Assembly: GCA_002189035.1 (NCBI GenBank)
Contig: NEEC01000007.1
Span: 558,001-622,000, forward strand
Source of the DNA: Utricularia gibba
Taxonomy: Eukaryota > Plantae > Magnoliophyta
Direction: 5' to 3'
Length of the DNA stretch: 64,000 nucleotides
Position numbers and translations under genes: made by a program. Every line of letters begins with the position of its first letter. The stretch's first letter is position 1. This document shows positions 1 through 16,727 of the stretch, piece by piece. The notes beneath the pieces were generated by a model. It searched no databases. It was not told the origin of the DNA and saw only the letters and a list, made by a program, of their open reading frames with translations.

Positions 1-2828
<2,828 letters not shown>

Positions 2829-3344
2829 TCATCGATGATGAAATCCGCAGGGTCAGGGGGCATGTGCCGCCTTGAAATAGTGAAATAATTTATTTATAAA
2901 ATATTTAAAAATTAGAAATGCACACCAACTCTCTTAACCCAAAGTTTCATAATTTAATTTATTTAATAATACATTTAAATTATTTGTCACAAACATCCAT
3001 CATTTACGCATATATTGTAGAACTCATCTATCAAATATGATCCTAATTTTTAGAGAACGAGCGTAAAATTATTTTTTTTAAAGTGATTCTATTTAATTTT
3101 TATAGAATACAATAATATTTAGTTATATATAAAAATTAAAAAATACAAATTACAAGATTAATTTTAGTAATTAATTAAAAATTAAATATATTATATTATT
3201 ACAGGTGTGGAGGGGCTGCCGACACCCCTCACGCACCCTCCTAATTCGTCCAGCTTTCACACGCGTACAAATCCAATCTCCACCGACGCCACACGAGTTA
3301 ATTGCACTCACGGGCCCCCTCCACGTGCTCTGCCTTTCCAAATC

Positions 3345-3382
3345 ATTTTATTATCATTATCATCATTATTATTATTATTATT
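3345..3382. repeat. (TTA/TCA)n microsatellite
   Basis: TTTTATTATCATTATCATCATTATTATTATTATTATTA tract. Confidence 0.7.
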
Positions 3383-4202
3383 ACAAAAACCCAATATATA
3401 TTTTTTCAATATTGTGAGAAATAACAAGTATTTATTCTGATTTCTGCGTTATGTAATACCCATTGGGCCTAGATGGGTCCAAGCCCATGGAGGCCCAGAA
3501 ACATTGTTGAAACCATTCCACAACGGTCTGCATTTCGTCGATACTATTCATTTCCAGCATCAGATTCGTTCCAATATAAATATATGATTAAATCGAAAAA
3601 TAAATTATAATTTTTATTCTTATATAATTACAAATTATTAAATGTAATTTAAATTTTATAAAAAGAGTTTAAATCAAATCTCACAGGTTTTATTAAGCAT
3701 GGGCCCCATCCACCACATGGTGGCGGTAGATGTCCACGTGGAAATTCGGTATATACAGTTAATTAGAAAATATTTTTTTTATTATTCGCTGTCTGAAGAG
3801 AAGCTGGTCGGTCAATGGTTAGTTCATCTGTTGACTTGAATAATTCAGAAGACTGACGACACGGGTTCCATTTTGGAACATGACTGCCCCTTCTTTTGAT
3901 GACCGTTTGGGGTCAAAATCGAATGTATGAGATTTTTGTGGGGTAGATTTGTAAAATTGGTTTTTATTTTTTAGAAAGTTTTTTTAATTTTATTTTTCTG
4001 CTTTTTGAAATTTGAGTTGGGGAAGACGACCGACTGGAGGGGCGTAGTTGTTGAACGGAAGCTGAGACTGGGTTATAAGATGGGAAAAGGAGAAGAATTA
4101 CGCGCCTTGATGAGTTCAATTCAATGTCAACTCTCCCTTATTCTCACCACCAACAAGTTTCTTCTCTTTTCGATCCCCAACGGGAAGACAAACTCCCGGA
4201 AA

Positions 4203-7548
<3,346 letters not shown>

Positions 7549-8089
7549 CTGCATACCACAAGCCTTGTCTATGAAACTTGTCGATGATGATCTTCTTTTG
7601 AACCATGGCTGTTACACACAGGGTGAATAGATACAAGACAGTGCCTGAAGAACGACGTCGTATCATAGAATTGTTTTTTTTATTTTTTTTAAAAAAGAGG
7701 TGATTAACTGAATAGACGAATCGATTTTCAATTTTGTAAATGTTTTAGGGTCACGTTTTAATTAATTATAATGTATTTTAAGGCACGTGAGTCAATGCGA
7801 AAGTAAAATTATTTGGGCCGCCGACAATTAAATTTCTTACCGGACTGCGGTCCATTACAATAATGTAATATTATTGTTATCATTATAAAATGGCGTCATC
7901 ATGACGCTATCGTGATGCTGTTATTGTTTCATTGAATAATCGAGGCGAAGTTTCTTGTGGTAACTGACGACGGAGAACTGGCTAAGGCATAACGGCTGCT
8001 GTTGCGTGTGTGTGAATCTTGAAGCTTACTCCGCTTTGTTTACCGAGAATTTTGGCGAAGAAGCGTAAGCAACGGATCGCGTCGCTACA

Positions 8090-9118
8090 ATGGCAACCAA
8101 AGTGTATATAGTGTAATTGTACCCAGATCGTCCTTTTTCTTTTTGATTATGGTTCTTTTTTTGTAGCTGTTTCTTTGTTGGCTGCGGGTATGAGATGGGG
8201 TTTCTTTGGAATGTTGGTTAGGCGATTGTAGGAGGGGAGTTTGATTGGATTTGGGGTGGTGATTTTTAGTTGTTTTTGGTGTGATTCAGGTACTATTCTA
8301 TGTATGGACATGTTGAGAGACTCGCTCAAGAGATAAAGAAAGGAGCAGAATCGGTGGAAGGTGTTGAGGCCAAGCTCTGGCAGGTATGTATTCTTGATAT
8401 ATGTGAAAATGCCTATGAAGAGAACTTTTTATGTGGGAAAACTGTTTCTTGTGTTGTTATACAGGGAGACGCTGATGTGGTTTGTCAATTGAACAGGTCC
8501 CTGAAACTCTTTCCCCTGAAATTCTTGAGAAAATGGGCGCTCCACCGAAGAGCGATGTGCCGGTGATAATCCCGAATCAGCTTGTTGAGGCGGATGGTTT
8601 TCTTTTTGGTTTTCCTACTAGATTCGGGATGATGGCTGCTCAATTCAAAGCTTTCATGGATGCAACTGGAGGCCTGTGGCGTACACAGGCGCTGGCTGGG
8701 AAGCCTGCTGGAATATTCTACAGCACCGGCTCGCAAGGAGGCGGCCAAGAGACGACACCGTAAGTTCTCACTTGTTATCGATCCCCTGTTGGTCAATGAT
8801 TTGATGAACTTGTCACTTGGCGTGCACAGATCTCAGTAATTGTAAATCTTGTAACTTTCTCTCATCTATGCTTGGTAATTTTGCAGACTAACAGCTATAA
8901 CACAATTGGCTCACCATGGCCTGATATTTGTCCCCATCGGCTACACGTTTGGAGCCGGCATGTTCGAGATGGAGGAGGTGAAGGGTGGAAGCCCGTACGG
9001 TGCCGGAACTTATGCCGGTGACGGGACAAGGCAGCCTTCTGAACTTGAACTGGGGCAAGCTTTTCACCAGGGAAAGCACATCGCCTACGTCGCAAAGAAG
9101 CTGAAGTCATCTGCTTGA
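8090..9118 (+). CDS. FQR1: NAD(P)H:quinone oxidoreductase, flavodoxin-like (FQR1/WrbA family), 5 exons
   Basis: [80 protein letters not shown], with GT-AG introns. Confidence 0.95.
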
Positions 9119-9966
9119 TTTGATTTGATTTCTGCAATTCTTTTCACAGGAAAAAAAAAAAAAACTGCGTTTCTGCGTGTTTGGAATTGGAGTAAGTGCA
9201 TCTCATACATCATCACAGTTGAGCTTGTTCCTTGCACATCTTAGGGAATCATACATGAGACATCTCCAGAAAAGCCATGGTTAAAAAAATTATTACCTTT
9301 CTATTCCTTACATCTGCTGATAGAGGGTGATTGTGATTGGATGTAGTTATCTCACTAATGCTGCAGAATTGATGTATGCATTGTGGTTTACTCTTGAACA
9401 AAATTGTGTCTTTCATCCGTTGAACTGAACAGGTAACATGTGTTTACAGAGAATTGCAAAAAACAAGGTGGAAGTTGTACACCTGTTTCATGTATCCCCA
9501 ATAAATATCGTTTTGATAGTTACCGTAGATGTGGGTGCCCCCCTTTAACATGTAACGTGGGACATTGTAATCTTGCTAACTCAAGGCATGTGGTGTGTCC
9601 AAAGCTTTGGCTACACGCGGCATGCTCTTCAGTTGATTGGTTCTATTGCAAGTACATCAAAGGGAACCAAAAAACCACCATCCTTGTCAACACATTCATG
9701 TTCTTGTAAGAGATGCCTCAAATTATTGGCATTTTTTGAGCTTGTGACAGTCCTTTTATTGATAGTCAGCTGGTAGTGAAGAGATAGGGCTGTAACAAAG
9801 CATCCTTGTCAAAGCAATGGGGTAGTTTTCTTGTATGGTGTTGTGGATTGCTTGTTCATCCATTTGATGAGAAGGGCTGAACTTTGAAATGCAAGAAGTA
9901 GCATGAAACAATATGAAAATGATGCCTGATACATATTCTGTGGAGCTGTGGAAGAGGGGAGGAATT

Positions 9967-11277
9967 TCAAGCTTTGTAGATGACAACAAAACAAGGAAGT
10001 AAGGCTCTTGGACTGAGGAGATACAGCTCTTCGACGTTTCCCTGAACTCCAACTTTTCCGGCAACCGAATCAAAACCTGACTGCCCGGCAATTTCCTGTA
10101 CATTTTCCAAAGCCCGGTGAACTCTTCCGGCGATGACTCTGCACACGACGAGGGCTTTTCTCAGATTCCCGTCGAATATCTGAATGGACTCCAAAGCTCT
10201 GGTACTTGTAGCTGCAGTGAAGACTCCGATTCCTCCTGTTAGCATCTCCTTCTTCGTGGAGAATCCGTATCTCAGAATCCGGCAGACACGGCATTTCTCC
10301 GATGTGCAAAGACTGGAGGAGTTTTTCAGACCGAGGGAACACTCTAGAGAAGCCCCGTGGAAGCGGAGGAGCTCGTTACCGTCGGCGAGACATCGCGGGT
10401 GTTTCTTGGGGAGCTTGCTTGCTTTGAGTTTCACCAGTTCTCGATATTCTTCGAACTGGGCTAATGTTTTCTGCATATTGTGAACTTTTAGGATTCTCTC
10501 GATTCCCTTTTCCGGTCGACTGGAGCTCGTCCTGCAGATTATCTCAACGATTCTTCTTGATGAGTCCCCTTCCACGAGCTCGGTGACTGAACAAATGGGC
10601 AAGATCTAAGAAGGAGAAGAAGCAGGGAATACAGAGCAATGGACATGAGAACGAGAAGCAAAACTTACCGGCGTGCTTAGAGAGGTGGTGTTCTTCAACA
10701 GCTTCCCAACGGAGAAACTGCTCGCCGCATTTAGGGCAGAAAAGCGCGCCACGAGAATCCGTTCCAAAGGAGCTTCTCGGCCGTGGAGAAACAGCACCAA
10801 GTCCATGACTCCGCCGCGATAAGCTACTAGAAGTGCGGCGTATAGGACTTCCGACAATCCCCGGCTTGTATCCTCCGGCGGGGTGTAACCGCCCCGGCCC
10901 CGGCGTTCCCGGCTTCAACATACCCACATATCCGGAAAGGCTTTCACCTCCACCTCCAGTTCTAATCCTGAGCTCACAAATCGAATCGCTAAGCACAACT
11001 TCGTGAGTAATCGGATTCAGAAGCTCGCTGCTTCCAATAGATCTCGGGCTACACATCGACGGCCGCGCCGTGTGCCTCTTACTCCCGTGAATCACCACGT
11101 CCTTCAAATTCGCAATCGACCTCGAACAACCGCACACATCCCGACCAGATCTCCTACCGGAAATCCGCCGCTAGGCTCGTGAACATCTCCAGGCTCCGAC
11201 TTACACTGCAACGATCTCCGCACCTTGAACCAAATCGCCGGCACCCTCGCCTTCTCCGCCTCCATCTCCGGCACCAT
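9967..11277 (-). CDS. C2H2 zinc-finger protein with C-terminal ADP-ribosyltransferase/PARP-like region, 2 exons
   Basis: N-terminus IWFKVRRSLQCKSEPGDVHEP; GCSRSIANLKD; SPRSIGSSELLNPITHEV; zinc finger CPKCGEQF...EEHHLSKH; exon 2 ADGNELLRFHG, GVFTAATS, ALVVCRVIAGRV, EELYLLSPRALLPCFVVIY. ATG at 11277 or 11265. One 1-nt deletion near 11160-11175. Confidence 0.88.
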
Positions 11278-12203
11278 CCCCCGTCACAGAGACCCCATTT
11301 TCACCCCCGCCGGAAAAACCTAGACCCCGGAATCCAAGCAACCCCTATAGCCCACACATACAAAAAAACAAAAGCTCGCTTCTGCATATTTATGGCGCAC
11401 CAAACACACCCGTCAGTCCGTCCCCTGCTGCTGCTGAAAGCCTGAAACTGAAGCTCCCCCCTCCCCCACCCACGCGGTGAAATAAATTTATTTTACAGCG
11501 ATCCCCTTTCTCCCTCAGTCACGGTAATAAAAAAAAAGTAACTCCCCAAATTTCACCAACCCGGTAACAAATCGGTCCGTTGCGTGTCTCCCCTTCAGCA
11601 GTTACGATCCCGGGTTAATTGGTCCCCCCTTTTCCCCTCATATTAAATTTAATTATTATTCCCGTTTAAAAAAATAATTAAATTGCTTTTTACATTCCTA
11701 CGTGGCACGTGGCTGGGAGATTAGGACATTCCCCTCACCGGCTTATTACAAGAGAAATTCCGCATGTGCTACAAACGCAATCCCATGTGACCCTCCTTGC
11801 CCCACATTATATGCTTAATAAAAATACTTAATTAAAAATAAGCTATTTTTTATTTTATTTTTGAGTATTTTACAATTAAATCTGTAGGCTACACGTCGAA
11901 AGATGATTGGACGGTGAGTAGGTTTTCTTGGATAATTTTGAGAATATTTGCATTTATTATATTCGAACAGGACCATCCATCTCTTCCGTTCTTGTAATAA
12001 ATATTGCATCATATTTAATGGCTGCACCCTCCTCGTATGGCTGCCGGCCTACATAGTATACATACCATTCCTGTGGTCCCACATTTAATTTCTTTATTCC
12101 CAATAATTAATTTAAATTAGTTTATTTAGAAGAAAACTCATTTAATTTATAATTTTTATAAATATTGAAAAACCGTACGTAATTTTGGTTACTACATACG
12201 AGG

Positions 12204-13623
12204 TTATAATCTAAGGTACGGCGAGTGGAGAACAGAAGCATGATCTTTGCCCAAGTTGCGGCTGCGGAGGCACTCCAGATGCATTACTTGGGAATGATCG
12301 ACGAACAGGTTCACCTGCGGCGGCCGGAGAAACAAATTCAAGGGATGCTTTGATTATGTGGCGAAGAGGGCGGCAGCCAAAGCTTGCTTACCCTTGGCCC
12401 GTATTGGCTGATGAACCAGTCGGAGATCTTGGGGTCTGAGGCTTCGAACATCGTCTTCTCGATTCCAAGGCGCCCCATGATTTTGGCTATGGATTCGGCC
12501 TGCTCGCAGATGGCATCAGCATCGATCATGATCATGTCCGCCCCTGCTTGGAGACACCTCTCGGCTCTTCGGACCAGAAGGTCAAAGTCCTCCACGAGTT
12601 CTGTGACACAAGAGAAGCAAGACTGAAAAGATAGTAGCAGAAGTGAAAAGATCATGAGTTCTGGAGTCGCCAATGGATGATTCTGCCTGAAAACAGCCAT
12701 GGAAGTGTGTGAAGTTAACTGGTAAACATTAGGATGACGATCCTTTTTTGTATATAATACATCACTTTTTGGATCATCCTTTAGTTTATATACTACTTGC
12801 CTGAAGTCCTGTTTGCTGGGACGGCATATGCTCCGAATGCTCTGTTGTTACTAACTGGTATATCCGCCTGATTAAACTTTACTGAGAATAAAGGCTTGGC
12901 TCTCAAACCTGCACTTTTAATTAGCCTCACATATCTTAAGACATCCTCTTCGGGAACTCCTAGAGATCCCACATCTATCTCTATGGTGTCGAAACCCAAC
13001 TGCTTGCATTCCTAAAATTGAAGTCCAGGGGAAAAAGAAAAAGAAACTCGGATTTCAAAACACTCTAGAGAAACTTCTGCAAGAATGGAATGTTTGGTTT
13101 GGTCACCTCGATGTAGTCTTTGAAAGCAGACGGTCCTTTGCGCAGTAGGTGTTCAGCCCAGCTCCCGGTGCTGACATAAACGTTATGCTTGCGAGCCATT
13201 TCTGTTACTTCCCTGACATAACTTCTTGGCATCAAACTGTGCGAGCCCCCAGCAAACCTCAAGCCATCAACAAATTCTCCCATGTATTCAAAAACATCCT
13301 GCAAGACTCGAGAGCTTGAATTCAAATTTCCCTTGAACATCAAGAGACGAAACAAAAAATGTGAGTAGAACCGAATAGAAATCCGATTTCGCTTCCTCGC
13401 CCATGAATCTAATGTAAAGTCTACTTTTGTTATTTACAAAGGAATGCAAAAATTTATAGAAACCCGTATCACGCATTCAGAACTCAAGTTCGGAGATCAC
13501 CTCGATGAGGCTGCGGGAGAAAAGGGAATAATGGGGACCTCTAACTTCGGTAACGCCGTAGCTTCTGGGCTTCTCCGGCCGATCCTCGTCGGCCAAGAAA
13601 GTCTTCCAGTGATAACTGGACAT
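12204..13623 (-). CDS. HSA32: Heat-stress-associated 32 kDa protein (phosphosulfolactate synthase-like fold), 5 exons
   Basis: MSSYHWKTFLADEDRPEKPRSYGVTEVRGPHY; MGEFVDGLRFAGGSHSL; GFDTIEI; LLVRRAERCLQAGADMIMIDAD; VNLFVDHSQVMHLECLR. Confidence 0.93.
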
Positions 13624-13739
13624 GGGTTCCTCGAATCCACCGCTAAATTATGGACTGTAAAGGGGAATACACACAACCAATCGAACGAATCATACGAACA
13701 ACTCTGAGAAAGCCATTCTGTTTTTCCACGAGGAAGAAG

Positions 13740-13757
13740 GTCCAGCATCTTCTAGAA
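13740..13757. promoter_or_regulatory. Imperfect heat-shock element upstream of HSA32
   Basis: TTCtaGAA at 13750-13757, preceded in 5-bp register by the one-mismatch units GTC and GCA; about 130 bp upstream of the HSA32 ATG. Confidence 0.5.
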
Positions 13758-14573
13758 ATAAAATAATAATTAACTATACCTCACATGTATTAATTATACA
13801 TTAGCACCAGTACAAATTTCATTTTTAATGTTAATTAAATTAATTTAAAATTAAGAACCCCTTAACCCAATCATTAACTATCGTCAACAACTTTATATAA
13901 TTTGTCACCGAAAAAAAAAAGACAAAAAGAAAAAAGAAAAAAAAAAAGAAAACGAAGAAAAAATAAAAAGGTAAAAGGGCTCTTTCCTCTTTACATCGTC
14001 GATAATACAACAAACCTAGTGTGTTTTTATTCTTAACGTTATCATCTACTTTTGTCCACAAAGACCTAATTCATTCATGTCTCCTTCCACATCACAATTT
14101 TAGGGTTCACACTAACCTCCAAATTTGTTCCACATCCATTACGAACAAAAATGTTACCAAATTGATAATAAAACTGCTATTATTAAAATTTTTTATATAA
14201 TTTTCGTTTTTTATATGATAGCTTAATTAATATTATATATATATAAGGGTTTGGCCTAATAATATATAAATAATTTATATAAAAAATACTTACTAATCAC
14301 ATATAACGTATTTTACTGATATAAAATCATGCATTTGAATGTACGAAATGAATAATATCATGTTTATCAAACAAACGTAATGTTCAATCCACGTATTTGG
14401 AGACGTAACTGGACCTAACAAACATGATCATACTAAAAATTGACAACTTGGATGGTGTATGATGAATCTTAGTTGGTGAAACGTCTTCGCCGTGGTGCGC
14501 GAGCTCGAGGCCATTAGCATTAGATACTTGGCGATTAGGGTTCACAGTGGTACAAATGGGGAAAGTGCTCACA

Positions 14574-14596
14574 TCATGATCATCATCATCATCATC
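14574..14596. repeat. (CAT)n microsatellite
   Basis: CATCATGATCATCATCATCATCATC tract. Confidence 0.7.
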
Positions 14597-15711
14597 GTGG
14601 ATGTGGTGATGATGCCTGAAAAGATGACCATCATATAATTGTTCCCATTCACGACCAAATATTAAACTAATATCCGAAATTAGAATGTAAAATCTAAAGG
14701 AAACAGCCTTTTTATTTATTGCTGGGGACTATTATCCACGTGTTGATTTTCAATTGGGTCTCCATTATTATTTTGATTTTTTTTATAAACCCCAAAATAA
14801 GCCAAAGTAATAAATAAAACCCTGCACCAGCCTCTCAACTTGCAAGTCATTTTGCCTTTAAAGTATCCTCGTAGGACGCTTTTGTAAAGCCGTTTCCTTA
14901 ATCGTTTTCGTTTCCGCATTAAGGTTGCATTTCGAGCTCAATGATTTGCTTCCTGAAACGATCGGAATTGCGACGGGAAGGTTAAATTTTTATTCGACGT
15001 CGGAGGAGGGGGAAATACCGCCGGAGTTGGCTGCAGCAGGGGAGTCTGTCGACGATGACGAGGAAAGTGAAGATAGTGAGCTAATCATGGAGCCCCAGCA
15101 AGCTTACAAGAGAGATGATGGTGGTGACGGCCGGGCACTACCGCAGGAGATCCATCACGGCACGTCACACACAATTTCTCCTCTTTAACCAGATGTCCTC
15201 GTCACATTTAGCTCTCTGCACCTTTATACCGAATCCATATTCACTTCCGTGTTCCCATTTTGGCTGTCGAATTGAGTCTAAAAGAGGGGCGATTGATTCA
15301 GATATTGAAAATGTGGAGTTTGGTTTTACAGTGTGATCGAGATGGGAGATGGCTGGTCTGAAACTGGGTTGAGAGTAGTCCGCATTGTGCGGCTTCTACT
15401 TTAGGACAAACTAGGTGGGTCGTGACGCATTATTACCAGCAAGTTATTACAGTCAGACACAGAGAGGAAGGTGCAATGAGGAGAAGAGAAGCTGCGGGTT
15501 GGTTGTCATCTTCTCCGAGCTGCTGATACGGATCCCAAATCACGTGGGGCTACGCAGCACAACGCAACAATGAGGAAAAAAGGTTGCTTGCTAGTGGATT
15601 AACTACTAAGCCTAAAGTGTCCATTAATTAGTCTCATCCATATCTTAATCCCCTCCCTCTATATATCATCCCTGCGAGTCCCTCTCCAGGGCTCTTCCAC
15701 CTGCTCCCTCA

Positions 15712-15936
15712 ATGGCGAAAACGGCTAATCTCTTCACGGTTTACGTCGTCGCCATCCTGCTAGTGACGGTTTTCCGTAACTTCGCGGCGGCGACGAGGAG
15801 TTTACGGGGGAATAAATGGGAGTCGAGGGAGGAAGAGGAAGTAAAACAGGGGAAGGATAAGGTGCTTCGCGTGGAGAGTTTCCGGCCGACGCGGCCGGGG
15901 AACAGCCCCGGAATGGGCCACGTGATCAACGACTGA
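15712..15936 (+). CDS. CEP: C-terminally encoded peptide (CEP) precursor, intronless, single CEP domain
   Basis: 74-aa ORF with hydrophobic signal peptide and the 15-aa CEP motif SFRPTRPGNSPGMGH (15877-15921). CTATATA TATA-like box about 50 bp upstream. Confidence 0.92.
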   Translation: MAKTANLFTVYVVAILLVTVFRNFAAATRSLRGNKWESREEEEVKQGKDKVLRVESFRPTRPGNSPGMGHVIND

Positions 15937-16727
15937 TCTGCGTTGAGGAGGAAGAAGAGGGACTGAAGTCCGATGATGGAACATTTTTGCTTTTGACTCT
16001 GTTTCCGATTGGTTTCCGGCAATAACGGCGACTCGGTCCTGATTCCAGAATTGTTAATTATTATTTTTTTAATTTCCAATTTTCATGAATAAACCATTCT
16101 TTGAAAAAGGAGTTCTTTTTTGCAACGGATACGCCATCCCACGTCCAGACCAAATTCGGACCGACAAAGCTTCAATTTGAGCCCATTTCTTAATATTTAT
16201 ATTCAAAATTTTTATTTAAAAATAATTTTATTATCAAATTGTAAGTCAATGATAACTATAACGATATCTCACATTGATTACAAATGATGAAAATAATGTG
16301 CTTAAATATATAAATCTTAATCTTATATGAATCATTTTTTTAAAAACGAAAAAGGTAAAAACTATGAGATTGAATATGTAAAACTAATAATATTGTATAA
16401 AAAAATGAATTATTACGTAAATATAAATAAATTATGTTTCAAAGATTTCGAAATGATTTTTATTTTTAAAAATAAAATAAATTCATTTTTTATTTTATAA
16501 ATTATTTTCATTTCACATTTAAAAAATATAATTTTTCATTAGTGATAAGACACTTCATGAAAATTCAACTGCTAATATATATTTTAATTAAAATTTTGAA
16601 ATATGAGTGATTTTCCCCTCCCTTTTCTCCTCCTTGCCGCAGTGGAAAGTGAAGTCTGGAGTTTTGGGGTTTATTGGGGTGATGTACTCGGTTTCGTGGT
16701 GAGGGATTGAAGTTCCCAACTTGGGGA

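Noticed and set aside
4005-4202. N-terminal extension of the S-kinase ORF
   Set aside because: The ORF track starts at a TTG. The ATG at 4203 directly precedes a normal signal peptide.
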